Source: Octopus sinensis (lineage: Eukaryota). From it: a DNA stretch of 64,000 nucleotides. Position 1 is the first letter of the stretch. Every line of letters begins with the position of its first letter. The DNA is taken from contig NC_043010.1 of the NCBI RefSeq assembly GCF_006345805.1, positions 31,186,001 to 31,250,000 of the forward strand, given 5' to 3'. The notes under the pieces were generated by a model. The model was not told the origin of the DNA, did not search any database, and worked only from the letters and a program-made list of their open reading frames with translations. Below, piece by piece: positions 26,201-40,383 of the stretch. Made by a program: the position numbers and the translations under genes.

Positions 26201-26904
26201 AGCGTATACAGAGAGAAAAAGGGAGAGATATGATATGGTGATATATGCTCAACAGGCATTCGAGCTATGACCACTCCTGCAGGACCTCATTATTCTTAAT
26301 GTCCTTCCTCTTCACCGTTTTGTAAGCTGATATGATCTGGTTTGAGTGAAATTTGGCTGCTATTGCTAGCATGTTGGGTAACGTATTAGAAGCTCCTTTG
26401 TTGGTGATGTGGTGGTGTTCTTTTTATCTTCACTTTCTGGCTTAGGCGGAATGGCTAGTACTCATGAGATTTGCAGGCCCTCCTACGCTAACGAGATTCA
26501 TACCGTTAATGTTAGTCAACAGATGGCAAGATATGAGCAGAGAGGGAATTCCTGAGCGTAGATGTTATGTGTGTGTTTGTGTGTGGGGGGTGTATGTGTG
26601 TGTGTAGTAATGGTAGGCTTTGATCGAGCAGACCTGTGACCATACCGTTTTTTGGTTAATGTTGACATTATTACCCAGAAACGAAATCGTAAAAAAAAAA
26701 AAAAAAAATAGTGTAACGGGTGTTAAAAAAACAATGTAGGAAATGAATATGAAGACAAAAATGCGCGGAAAGCGACGGGATGGGGGTGGGGAACTGAAAA
26801 TGAAAGTCCTAAAATAAATGCAATAAAAATAAAATATATGGAGGTAAGATAAAAATGAAAATAAATAATAAAAATAAAACCGTATGTATGTATGCGTGTC
26901 TGTT

Positions 26905-27702
26905 TGTCCCCCGTCGCTGATTCATGGCTAGTGATTGGACTTCGGAAAATTCACAAGATCCGATTTTTTCCCTCGTAAATTTAAGGAAAATGGATATCTT
27001 TTAATGAAATTGTAAATATATAACTTTCAAACGACATGCATTACGGATGCCTAATGTGCTGTAAACCCTTATTTTTGTTAGAAAAAAAAAGAAGGGAACC
27101 CCAATAAGTGCAGTTTTGAAGGTGAGATGCGAAACTGCATTAGTTACTTTTCTTTACCCATATTTTAAGACAACATTTTGTAGAAATACGATTTCTAGAG
27201 TGTGGATTACATTAGAATGAAAATTCAAACAAGTTTGAAAAGAATAAGTGAAAATGCTGAAGTTATAAAAATTAGTGGTAACGAAGTCTGAACAGGAGAG
27301 AGAAAGAATGATACAAAATTCTTACAAAAACCACATTGGTGTTTGTGTGTGTGAAACAAGTAAAATTATAATATTAAAACAAAATATCTTTTACATACCT
27401 CTTAAAAATCACTGGATATATTAATCCCAGATTGCAGATTGTGGCATATTAGGTCACCGTAATTCATTCATCGAAAAAAAGAAAAACATTTTCTAATAGT
27501 TCCGGTTTCTCCCCGGCCTTTTTCTCCGAACAAAAAGAAGGGGGTTTGCGGCACATTAGGCATCCGTAATGCATGCTTTTGCAAGTTATATATTTACAAT
27601 TTCATTAAAAGATATCCATTTTCTTAAAGTTACGAGGGAAAAAATCGGATCTTGTGAATTTCCGAAGTCCAATCACTAGCCATCAATCAGCGACGGGGGA
27701 CA
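26905..27702. mobile_element. foldback/MITE element with about 190-bp inverted arms
   Basis: tgtcccccgtcgctgattcatggctagtgattggacttcgg... is the reverse complement of ...ccgaagtccaatcactagccatcaatcagcgacgggggaca. Non-coding spacer of about 430 bp; no TSD resolved. Confidence 0.85.
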
Positions 27703-28152
27703 TACATACATACATACATACATATACGGTTTTATTTTACCCACATGTATTTAATTGCATTTATTTTAGAATTTTCATTTTCAGTATATCTTTATTTTTA
27801 CGTGAATATTATTATTATTTTTTGCTTTTTTTTTGTGTTTTTATATTTTATACCTTATATGTTATATATCGTATATTTAAATAAAATTATTAACACACAC
27901 AAAATTAAACATATTTTCATCTACTCAGTCTGTTAGAGGATCTCAATTGATGATCATGTAGTCTTCTTAATGTCCATTGGTTCTCAAGATATTTTACTCT
28001 AAATATTCAAAATGCAAATTTATTTTATTCTATGTTTGTAATTTGTATTGCGTGTGAACTGAAACAATTGTAGGCCTTATTTAAAATGTTAATAAATTAA
28101 TTTATATCCATTGAATCTCTCCATTTTCTTACACACACACACATACATAAAC

Positions 28153-28253
<101 letters not shown>

Positions 28254-29002
28254 GAGGGGGGCTGAAAAGTTACTGCTTTTAAGGCTGTCCCGAAAAGCCT
28301 GGTTTGAGGCCCAACTTTCTGGGTTCTTTTACAAGGCTTAGAAAAACTGAAGGATCGCTGCAATAAGGGTGTAACTCTGAGAGAGGAATGTGTTGAATAA
28401 AATCATAACTGATCCTCCTATATTTTCTTTTACCCAAAGCCAGGAACTTTTCTGCACTCCCTCGTATATATATTACGGGTTTCTTTCAGTTTCCTCCTAT
28501 CAAATCATAAGGCTTTGGTCGGTCCGGGGCCCAAGGTGCCACTTAGGGGGATTGAACTCGAAACTATGTTGGGAATCATACTTCTTAACACACAGTACAG
28601 CTCGGCAACAAAAGACTGGCAATCTAAAGTATAGGCACTAATCGTAAACGGTTGTGTATTTAATTCTAATGTATTTTCTTTATCTCCTCCATAATGATAA
28701 TTTTTTTATCGTAATTATTAAACTGAATGTTTTCACAGCAGAAGATAGGAAGGGAAAAAAAACTTACGAGTCAATCCCACCCCACCACATACACACAAAA
28801 CTTTACAAACCGCACAGTTACAAAGGAGTGGCTGTGTGGTAAGTAGCTTGCTTACCAACCACATGTTTCCGGGTTCAGTCCCATTGCGTGGCACCTTGGG
28901 CAAGTGTTTTCTACTATAGCCTCGGGTCGACCAAAGCCTTGTGAGTGGATTTGGTAGACAGAAACTGAAAGAAGCCCATCGTATATATGTATGTGTGTGT
29001 AT

Positions 29003-29044
<42 letters not shown>

Positions 29045-29083
<39 letters not shown>

Positions 29084-29576
29084 TTGTCCCCCCGCAATAT
29101 CGCTTTACAACCGATGCTGGTGTGTTTACGTTCCCGTAACTTAGCGGTTCGGCAAAAGAGACCGATAGAATAAGTACTGGGCTCCAGCATGGCCACAGTC
29201 ACAAGACTGAACAAGTAAAAGAGTAAGAGTACACACACAATGAAATTAGCACTTTCCTTTCACTTTCAATTAAAGCAGCCTATATCTCTTTCACCAACAT
29301 ATACGTACAAAGTTCGAAAGATCGCCCCTTTTTAAAACTACGGGGTGTTATTTTTAGGGTGTCGAACGACCCTGTTAGGCGCCTGCGTTATCTCTCACAC
29401 GTTATGATGATGGCAATTGTGATGTTATTTCGTGATTTCGTGGTGGTTGTGTATGGAAGGAAAAACATGAGATATGCAATGGTTGTACTGACAGTTGGTG
29501 TTTAGTCACTTCTGAACTAGGAGTCGTATGATCAATGGCAATCTAACTGTGACCATCTTGTCTTTTATCCAGGCAC

Positions 29577-29614
<38 letters not shown>

Positions 29615-30140
29615 GTGTGTGTGTGTGTGTGTTTGTCCCCCCGCAATATCGCTTTACAACCGATGCTGGTGTGTTTACGTTCCCGTAACTTAGCGGTTCG
29701 GCAAAAGAGACCGATAGAATAAGTACTGGGCTCCAGCATGGCCACAGTCACAAGACTGAACAAGTAAAAGAGTAAGAGTACACACACAATGAAATTAGCA
29801 CTTTCCTTTCACTTTCAATTAAAGCAGCCTATATCTCTTTCACCAACATATACGTACAAAGTTCGAAAGATCGCCCCTTTTTAAAACTACGGGGTGTTAT
29901 TTTTAGGGTGTCGAACGACCCTGTTAGGCGACTGCGTTATCTCTCACACGTTATGATGATGGCAATTGTGATGTTATTTCGTGATTTCGTGGTGGTTGTG
30001 TATGGAAGGAAAAACATGAGATATGCAATGGTTGTACTGACAGTTGGTGTTTAGTCACTTCTGAACTAGGAGTCGTATGATCAATGGCAATCTAACTGTG
30101 ACCATCTTGTCTTTTATCCAGGCACTATATATATATATAT
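29045..30140. repeat. 549-bp near-identical tandem duplication
   Basis: Offset of 549 confirmed at two anchors (29094/29643 and 29571/30120). One substitution seen (gcctgcg vs gactgcg). Junctions lie in (TA)n(TG)n. Confidence 0.92.
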
Positions 30141-31502
30141 ATATTATGACTACATTTGCTAACGTCTCTCCTCTGAAGAGGGAAACTTTAAAATTTCTAG
30201 CATGTCGTTAGCTCTTTATGATGGCAGTTTAGTCGTTATGAATATGCACGCGCACGCATTATCGAGGTCGGGGTGGAGATAGTTTTGCTGGTGTTGGTGT
30301 GATAACGCTCAGAAAACGTGTTGTTGGAAGGTGGAGAGGGAGTTAGCCGTGTAGTAGTGATGATAGTGTTGGTGATTGAGGTGGTGGTTGTGGTAATGTA
30401 ACTGCGAACAGAAATATGGTGGAGTGGGTGTCAGGATGGGGATTAGATTGAGAGTAAGTTTTAATTCGAAGCACTAAACTGGAGGGCTTTTAATCAAATG
30501 ATTCAGTAATGATTTTTTACTCATAGCATGGGAGAGCATCATCATTTTCTTTATGTTGAAAGACAAGATTTATTTGTTACGCTCAATACTTCAATCAGTC
30601 CCATGATACTCGGTTTGTTTCTGTCTCTTTCTTTCCCCTTTGTTTCTTCATTCAATACAACTTTAGAAAATCGTATGCTTCTTCTTTTTCTTTTATACCT
30701 TTCTTTAGTTTTCTTAATCTAAAGATTTCTTTCACTCGGGGCATTAAGGACATTGCTTTTTTTTTAATTATTTGTAATGCATTCATTCATTTTAATTATG
30801 GCTAATAAAAAGTGAATCGTAGCATGTATTTGTGCTCATGTACACGTATGTGTATGTGTATTTACGTTTTCATATTGATATTGAAATACGCTGGTAGTCT
30901 GCGTGTCTGTGATATATGCATATCTTCATGCTGCGCGACTTCGTGATATTTTAGAGATGTGTGAGCGTGTGTATACGAAAGTCCATATGTTAGCGATGTA
31001 GTTAAGTTAGGTGAAAGAAGAGAATTCTCGTCTCTTGATGGATTATCTCGGTTTGTATAAATACTAAGGTTATAGCTAACAACAGATAACTGTCACATCA
31101 AGATGGCTAAGCCTGCGCTTAATGTGCAGGAATTTCTGTGTGCATCAGCCTGTGCGTGTTAAGGTTTTCACCTCTTTTGATGTCAAGAAAGCCAGAAATA
31201 GTAGTGAAGTCAATAAGCTATGTAGGCTAACATTACTAATCCATCAGATTGAAAATTTTCGGGCTGACACACTGTAAAATATAACAGTCTGTGATGGAAT
31301 GTGTGAAGATAATCTCTCCTACATCCTCAACAAAGTTGCTTCATTTGTTCAATGTAGCAGCATTCTTTAAAGTAAGGACCACTTCGGAGCTAATTCAATA
31401 AACATCTTTTATCTTTCACTTGTTTCAGTCATTAGACTGCAGCCATGCTGGAACCGCCTTGAAGAATTTTAAGTCAAATGAATCAACCCCAGTACTTTTT
31501 GC

Positions 31503-31903
31503 GGATCTTTTCGGTTCGAACGGCAGTTTTTTCTAGCGGTGTCATATGAAATTGTCACCCATAATTATGACCCTAGTATCGATCTATTGCATTTCAATCT
31601 GTTTTAGGGTTAGGGGTGGGGGGAAGGGTATCTTTTTTTCTTCAGAAATGTAAATAAACCCAATCTGTTTCTTAAACGAGACATATTCATACAGCACAGA
31701 ATGTTTTCAACTCAATAGACGTCATTGATTGGTTGAAATTGCAGAAAAAACCACAACAAATATCTTACAACCTATAGAATTTTCTCAATAAAGCTAAGAG
31801 AAAAAGATGTTTTATAAACACATTCTACCAGTATATGAAGTTTAGAAGTGTATAGTTACGTGGAAATTATTTTAAAAAACTGCCGTTTAAACCGAAAAGA
31901 TCC
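31503..31903. mobile_element. Same MITE family, copy 2, opposite orientation, inserted in a SINE
   Basis: Reverse-complement homologue of 7400-7815. TSD CTTTTTGC at 31495-31502 and 31904-31911. Confidence 0.9.
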
Positions 31904-33989
31904 CTTTTTGCTGAATCACTAAGTCACAGAGAAGTAAACACACCAGCACTGGCAGGGCACAAACACGCGCACACACACTTATATATGCAATGCGTTTCTT
32001 TCAGTTTCCACTCAAGGCTTTTGTTGCTTAAGGTGCCACTTAGTGCGACTGAACATGAACCATGTTGTTGGGAAGCCAACTTCTTATCACACATATATAC
32101 ATATCCACAATAAAATTGGAATGACTTTGGCTACAAACACTCATCAACCACAATCAACACCACCACACACTCTATATCGACAAATTACCCTATCTTTTTT
32201 CAAATATTTATTCACAAGAAATTGATACTTTGGTCTACTTACACTTCCTATCTAAATTTCACTGGTTGGATTAGATGCTTCATGGAACTTGTTTTGATTC
32301 TTTTGCATTCTGCATTCAAATCCTGCTGTGTCCTACTTAGGTGGTAGTCTTAATTCATTGCGCAGTTTAGCACCACCACCATCACCACCAGACTCCTTAG
32401 GTGCCTTTAGTAGAGTCCAATCTGTTGCAAGCATTTGAAACAGGTATCTGGTCTGAGGAAATCTTTCCCTCTCACAGCTACCAATCTTGAAGACTCTGTA
32501 AAAGTCATAAAGTACTGCCTTTCTTTTGACTATAAAGGAAAAAAACCCACCTCGACATAGATGCTCAACCTGCCAAAAATAGCAGCTAAAACTTATTCAA
32601 ATCAGACACTAACATGTTCACAAAAAAAGGAAGAGAAAAATCAGAGATAATGTGATTACAGATACAATGTGCTTGAGAAACCAAAGATGGGATAGTCACA
32701 GCTGGACTGCTTTTTAATCATAGATCTGTGTAATCAAAGCTGATCAATGGATAAACAGCATCAACAATAACCTGTACAGGTTTATCTCATTTCATATCTA
32801 CAGTTAAATGTTCTAAAGAATCTCACTCCCCAATAATCACTCACATGATGTTTTTTTTTCCTCAAGCCCTAGGACTCATAATACCAGTTTTCATGGTGTA
32901 TAAGTGACCAAGATCCCAGTATGCCCTCTGAAAAGGCCATTGCTCTATTGCAGGTTCCAAAGCCAGTAATTTTGAGGAGAGGGTGCAAATCAATTACAGT
33001 GACCCCACAGGGATGAAAAGCAAAGTTGACTGCTGTAAGATTTGAACTCAAAACTTAAAGAGCCAGAGAATATATCTCTAAGAATTTTTGTCCAATGTGC
33101 TAATGATTCAGCTAGCTCACTACCTTATAATACATGATGTGCCCTTGAAGCTCATCCACTGTAAAACTAGTGGATGACCAACACCTCTCTGTACTCTCCT
33201 ATTAGGTGGCCACACTAACTGTGGAATCATTCCAGCCAGCTGCATCATGAGCAAATGAAATAACTGTTAGGTATACAAGACTCTTGCTGGCCACAATGAG
33301 GGAGTGTACTTCACCATATTAACTACTTTTACAGCTAGATAAGCTGGGAAAGCAATATGTTAAGTGTCTTTAATATATGGCTTTTAAACATAGTCCAGAA
33401 CAAAGAGAGTGACTGGAAATAAATTAGCACTTTAGATCTGAAGCCATCATCTTAACTAGGCCAGCAGCATCTCATAAAATATTATTTGCTATTGATTATT
33501 AGTTTGTTGTAAAGATTTAACATTCAACTCATGAACCAGTTATTCACAGACACACACACACACACACACATACATAAAAAGCATGAGTCTGGAAATAATG
33601 AACATTAACTTTTATCACTTACTTCACAATATGGATTATCCATTGGAATCTATCATATAACATTCAATTATTTCAGAACAGAATTTTCAGGCTTGTCTTT
33701 TATTTCAATACTGCTTTTTTAATGGATCTGTTGGTTGTTCCATCACCTCCAGCACCAATCCCATTAAACTTCAACAGCCAAGCAATCATTCATACAATAC
33801 CACACTAAAAGCATTTCAGGCTTACCAGGCATTGTTTTATATTTGCATTTACAGTGTGCCACAAACTGTATTTCCTCCATAACATAAATATGCTACTTAG
33901 ATGAAAAGAGAAAAAATGGTGGTAGAACATAAGCATACCTTTATCTAACATGGTTGTGTTAAGCAAATCTGCAATTTTGATGGAAGTAG

Positions 33990-36101
33990 GTTAGTTAATT
34001 ACAGACCCCAGTACTTGACTGGTACATTATTTTATCAACCCCGAAGGGATAAAAGGTAAAGTCAACCTCAGCATAATAAGACAGAGAAAATATTGCAAAA
34101 CATTTTCACCTTTGCTCTAAAGATTTTGCCAGCTTGCCACACTTATAGTTTCAAACTTTGGTAAAGGCCAGAAATTTTGTGAGTCAGGAGTTGGTTACAT
34201 TGACTCCAGTGCTCAACTGTTACTCATTTTATTGATCCCAAAAGGATGAAAGACAAAACTAACCATGACAGTATTGGAACTGAGAACATAAAAAATCCAG
34301 AAGAAAAGCTGTTGTTAAGTATTTTGTTTGTCCACACACTAATGATTCTGCCAGCTTTCCAAACACAAAGCCAACAGTTTTGAAGAGAGCTGGTTAGTAG
34401 ATACTACCAACCCCAGTATTTGACTGGTACTTTATTTTATTGACCCACAAAATGCCAAGTTGTCCTCAATGGAATTTGAACCCATAACATAGAGAGCTTG
34501 AACAAGTGTGGCAAGACAGTTTTTACCAATGCTCTAATGATTCTGCCAATCTATTGCCCTTCTTACAATGCTTTCTAATTTAGACACAAAGCCAAAAATT
34601 TAGAGGGAAGGGGCAAGTTGATACCATTGATTCCAATATGTTGCTGGTACTTTGTTTTATTGACCCCAAATGGATAAAAGATAAAGTTGACCTAAGTAGG
34701 ATTTGAAACCAGAACATGTGTTCTATGAAATACTGCAGTGCATTTTGTCCAGGACTAACAATTCAGCTAGCAAGCTGCCTTGATAAAAATAACATTGGTA
34801 GTGTTTAAAGCCTCACTAAGTGTTATTAATAATCCTTTCTACTGAAAGCACAAGGCCTCAAATTTGAGGTAAGGGATTATGTCGATTACATCGACCCCAG
34901 TGTGTAACTGGTACTTATTTAATTGACTCCAAAAGGATGAAAGGCAAAGTCAAGCTCAGCAGAATTTGAACTCAGAACGTAGCGACAGACAAAATACCAC
35001 TAAGCATTTTGCCTGGCATACTAACAATTCTGCCAGCTTGCTGCCTTAAGTGTTAATAATAATAATGGTAGTGTTATGGATAGCCTGTAAGACTATCTGA
35101 ATGGCACACCTAACAAAAAAAATTATTTTAATAGCATGCTCTAACAAACAATGTCTTATGTGGCTGGCTTCTCAAAAAAGGTTGCCCATGCATTTGAACT
35201 CAGAATAAAAAGATGGATGAAATGCTGCTAAGCATTTTGCCCAGTGTGCTAATGATTCTGCCAGCTTGCTGCCTTAATATAAATGATAATAATAATTTCA
35301 AATGATAATAGAGTAGACACTAAAGAAATCAAGAAAATTGAGGAATATGAGGACCTAACCAGAGGGATGGCAAGAGTGAGGAAGACAAAAACAATTATTC
35401 CTGCGGTAATTGGTGCACTTGACACGAATCCCAGACTGCTACCTAAGAGGCGGAATGATATTGGAATTGAGATTTTCTCTGCTGAATTGCAGAAAAGTGC
35501 AATCTTGTATTCTGCAAGAATCTTTAGAAAGATTCTTGAGATCTGATGAGACATGTTGTCAACAAACCTCAAACTATTACATGCTAGCTAAACTAGCATG
35601 TAATAGTTTTAATAACAATAATAATAGTCCTTTCTACTAAAGGCACAAGGGCTGAAATTTAAGGGATCGGGATAGTCAGATACATTGACCTTGGTGGGAT
35701 GGAAGACAAAGTCAACCTCGGCAGAATATGAACCCAGAACGCAGCATTCGTCCAGTGTGCTAACAATTCTGCCAATTCACTGCCTTATATAATAATAATA
35801 ATAATAATAATAACAATTATCATTATTATTATTAAAATTGTTCCTAATTTAGACAGAAAGGCAAAGTTGACCTTCGTGGGATTTGAACCTAGAACATAAA
35901 GAGCTGGAAGAAATGCTGCTAAGCATTTTGGTGGGATGGGCTAGGAGATTATATTGGCCCCAGGACTCAACTGGTATTTATTTTATCAACCATGAAAGGT
36001 AAAAGCGACCATGGTAGCAATTGATCCCAAAATATAAAGCTGGAAGAAATGCCACAAAACACTTTGCCTGACACGCTAACAATTCTGCTAGTCCACCACT
36101 C

Positions 36102-36144
<43 letters not shown>

Positions 36145-36390
36145 TACAACAACAACAACAACAATAATCCTTTCTACAATGGGCACAAAGCCTGAAATTT
36201 AAGGGGACTGGGTTAGTCAATTACGTTCGCCCAGGGCGCAACTGGAACTTATTTTATTGAACCTGGAAGGATGAAAGGCAAAGTCAACTTGGATATAATT
36301 TGAACTCAGAACATAAAACCAGAAGAAATACTGTGAAGCATTTTGTCTGGTATGCTAATGATTCAGCTAGTTCACATCCTTTATAATAAT
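33990..36390 (-). mobile_element. head-to-tail cluster of about 10 tRNA-derived SINEs (gcctttcatcctttcggggtcgataaa family) separated by (TAA)n
   Basis: Repeated blocks gaccccgaaaggatgaaaggcaaagtc...ctgccagctcgccgcctt, all in the same orientation. Confidence 0.85.
35295..35615 (+). mobile_element. Dong/R4-clade non-LTR 3' fragment
   Basis: KEIKKIEEYEDL...IIPAVIGAL...LQKSAILYSARIFRKIL (restriction-like endonuclease C-terminus), flanked by TAA repeats. Confidence 0.75.
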
Positions 36391-36493
36391 AATAATAATA
36401 ACAATGACAATATATTGCTCTATGCGTATGTGTGTTGTGGAGTAGACAGAAGTAAAAAATAGACAAAAAACAAGTGATGGTGTTTGAAAAGGT

Positions 36494-37030
36494 TTAGTGG
36501 TTTTCTATTTGGTCAACATCAAGATCAGCAATGGGGGGTTTGTCCCTCCCATAATAGTCCTCATTTTCAGTCATTTGATCCTCATCATCGTCGTCGTCAT
36601 CATCATCATCACAGCCACAGAAACTAGGATTAGACTCATCACTCACATACACCAGTGGGTCCCAGCCAGCTGGACCAACAGACCGACTTGAAACAACAAA
36701 GGGTCTTTCAAAGCTGGCATCGTCCCAGCGAGAACATCCATCGTCAGAATCATTTCGTCTAATGTTATGAAGGGAATTGGGGCAACATTCATCGGCAGTG
36801 GGTTTCTCGGCAGCAGCAGCAGCCCGAGCAGCAGCCTCTCCAGCTTCTGTGGCAGCTGAGATTTCAGCATCTTCCGACATGATATCATCAGTGTGGTCAT
36901 CAGGTAAAAGGCAGGTTGATCGGAGAACTTCAATAGAAACTGGCTCTGAGACTGACATTGGGTTCAAGTTTGGCTTCGCAGTTGTCATTTGGTCTTCAGG
37001 AAACTGTTGAAACCAACTAACTTTTGGCCC
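36494..37030 (-). CDS. FAM53A: FAM53-family protein, last coding exon (acidic tail ending LDVDQIENH-stop)
   Basis: Acceptor ttttcttttcttttccag|GGGCCA, phase 0, 179 codons including TAA at 36496-36494. The C-terminus ADLDVDQIENH matches the FAM53 terminal motif ELD(L/I)EQIE(N/K)N. Confidence 0.92.
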   Translation of the reverse strand, partial: GPKVSWFQQFPEDQMTTAKPNLNPMSVSEPVSIEVLRSTCLLPDDHTDDIMSEDAEISAATEAGEAAARAAAAAEKPTADECCPNSLHNIRRNDSDDGCSRWDDASFERPFVVSSRSVGPAGWDPLVYVSDESNPSFCGCDDDDDDDDDEDQMTENEDYYGRDKPPIADLDVDQIENH

Positions 37031-38670
37031 CTGGAAAAGAAAAGAAAAAAAAAACCAAATTATTGTTGACATCATAAGAATTCAGAAACTATGAGAACAT
37101 GAAATAAGTTTTTGGAATTCTTTATCCTCTTGAAGAAGATAAAGCTGTAAATCATGTGTTACACAACACTGGTCACAATGTGCAGTGTATCATTTTAGCC
37201 ACTCCACTGGCTAAGCAAGCAGGCAAACATTCCCTCTTGATTGAAAGTAGATTGGAGCAATGTGAAATGGAGTGTTTTACTCAAGAACACAATGCACTGT
37301 CCAGTCTGGGAATGGAACATATGCTCTAGCATTTGTGAGGGCAACACCCTAACCACAAGGCCACGTGTCTTTGCAAAGCTGTAAATAACAGAGTGTAAGA
37401 TTAAAAAAACTCTCTTGACTAGGAAAAGTTGAAGGCTGTCCATGGGATTTGAGCTCAGATCTACTGTAAACATGACATGTTTTTCTACCTAAAAGGTTTT
37501 TAAACCCAATAATTATATTATTTATAGCTTTATATGCATCAAGACTCATCCTTCCAAAAAATAGAATTATAAATTACCATGGCTGTGTGGTAAGAAGTTT
37601 TGTTTCCCAACCACATGGTTCCAGGTTCAGACCCATTGCATGGCACCTTGGGCATGTGTCTTTTAATATAACCTTGGGCTGACCAAAGTCTTGTGAGTGG
37701 ATTTGGTAGATTGAAACTGAAAGAAGCCTGTCATATATATATACACACACAAATATGCAATGACATGCATACACACCATGTGTGTGTGTGTGTGCATGTC
37801 ATTGTTTATCCCCCACCACTGCCTGACAACCAGTACTGGTGAACTTACATCACTATAACTTAGTAGTTCAGCAAAAGAAAGACCAATGCAATAAATACTA
37901 GGCTTTACAAAAAATAATTAGTACTGGGATTGATTCTTCAAGGTGGTGCCCCAGCAGTCTAATGACTAAATCAAGAGATAAAAGCTAAAGATATTTGATA
38001 GTATATATCAGAGGTTCTCAACCATTTCTTTTACCTATTTTAATCTGGTAGACCTCCAAAGCCATTCAATGTTTAAAAACTAGTTTTATAGAAACTTATT
38101 TCAAAATTCTTATTTTGTTATTCACACATTAACTTGTGTAGGTCAAACTATGTAAACTATTAGAGAAAGAAACTTTGCAATACATACAAATACATGCATC
38201 TAAAGCAAAAATTTTTCAGGGGCCTTTAAAACATTACTTTGGGTCCCAAATTTACTACTTTGTTGCATAGACCCCTAAAAATCTTATATAGACCCTCAAG
38301 GGCCACATGGACCTCAACCATTAGTATATATGATGTATGTTTTTTTCAAAAAAATGTCTCAAAAAAAAAAGAAAAAAATTACCATGGGTCCTATATTTGA
38401 AGTTTGGTCAATAATATATGCTTTAATGTACTAAAAACTATTTTGTGTCTTTTATGCCATCAAACATGGTACTCCAAAATTTAAAAAAAAACAAAAAAAC
38501 TTGGAGCAGGCATGGTTATGTGTTAAGAAGCTTGCTTTCTAATCACATGGTTCCAGGTTTGGTCCCACTGTGTGACACATTGGGCAAGTGTCTTCTTCTA
38601 TAGTTTTGGTATAGCCTTGTGAGTAGATTTGTTAACAGAAACTGAAAGAAGGCCATTGTGTATATATATT

Positions 38671-38701
<31 letters not shown>

Positions 38702-40383
38702 ACCTTTGTGTTTATGTTTGTCTACCACCACCACTTGAGAACTGGTGTTGGTGTGTTTACATCCCTGTAACTTAATGGTTCAAAAAAAGAGACCAATAAG
38801 AAAAATACCAGGCTTAAAAAAAAAGCAAAGAAAGCATCCATTCGACCAAAAATTCTTCTAGCCAGTGCTCCAGCATGACATCAGTCCAATGATTAACAAT
38901 ATAAAAGATAAAATAGGAAATTGATCCAGGTCAGTTCTCATCAAGCAGATCTGCAATCATGATGATGCAATTGACCCCAGCACTTACTTTTTAATCTAGT
39001 ACTCATTCTCTTGGTCTCTTTTGTTGAACTACTAAGTTATGAGGATGTAAACAACTGACAGCAGTTGTCAAGTAGTGGTGGGAGATACGTATTAAGACAC
39101 ACACACACACACACACACTCAAAACTCTAATGATGACCGTAACAGTTATGAAAGCACTCAGCACACTGTGAAATGGTTGGCATTAGGAAGGTCATCCAGC
39201 TATAGAAAACAAAGCCAAAACAGATTAAGGAACCTGGTGTGGCTCCAGGCCTTGTCAGTTCCTATCAAGTCATTCAACCCATGCCAGCAGGGAAAATGGA
39301 CGTTAAATGTTGCAGCTGCTGATGATGATGATGTTACATAATTACTGTTACAGTGAAACTAGATTTCATAGTTCAAAGTCTGACATTTCAAATCCATATT
39401 GGTCAGTTAACATCTCAATTAAGCAGCTAATAATATAAGACTTCCATTGACTACAGTAGCGGGTGCTACAATTAGTGAATTAGGGCAAAACTGATGGTTT
39501 CAAGAATCACTCACCCGAAACAATTTACTCAGGTGGGATGAGTCAACGATATAAGTAGCTTCATCTGATAATAAGTAAAACAGTAGACACATCTTACTGC
39601 AAATAAATTCCTCCCTCCCTTCTACTTTTATCCACTATCACACCATACTATCACTCTTCTTTGCTCTCTCCTTCCAAATTATATATTCACCACTATTTTG
39701 TAAATATCTCTCCTTCCTCTATCTCTTTCTCTGCCATAGGCACAAACGTATTTCAGTCCAAACATTAATACATTATGTCACATAAGAAAGCACATTCATA
39801 GTCATTGTACTACTTTTTCTCTCTCCCTCTTCCACCCTCTATCTCTCTCATGCAAACACACACACAAACTACCTATGATCTTAAGAACAATACATAGTTA
39901 CTATTTCACATATGCACAAACACATATACGCAGATTTCCTCAAACAACCTCATACTCTCCAGATGATAGAAAGATTCTCCACCAATACTTAGATTTAATG
40001 TGAAAATTCCTCCACCCAACAAAAGTGATTATGTTCATGGAGCTGACATCACAGGTCTGAATACAGAAGTAACCTCTTATGTAGCTGCCTAACTTGCTAG
40101 AAATAGCAAACAAATTTTCTCAAAATCACATTTTGTGGATATTTAAGAAAAGAAGGGCACATTGGAAAGATGCAACAGATGGAATCATCATGACTGGAGG
40201 ATCTTTGATCGTAAGTGCCCACATAGAGGATAAACAGCATTACTAGCTCTTCTCCAACTACCCTCTCATCAATTTATCCCATTCACTCCTCCAACGCCTT
40301 TCTCAAACAACAGGCTAGCCGCCACCACTGTCACCACCACCACCACCATAATCAGAATCCCCCATACATACCACATAACTCAC

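Noticed and set aside
30165-30195. ctgaagagggaaac hammerhead-like words
   Set aside because: No room for helix II and no helix I or III.
38008-38320. cagaggttctcaacc hAT-like left terminus
   Set aside because: Right TIR and TSD not found; only a fragment.
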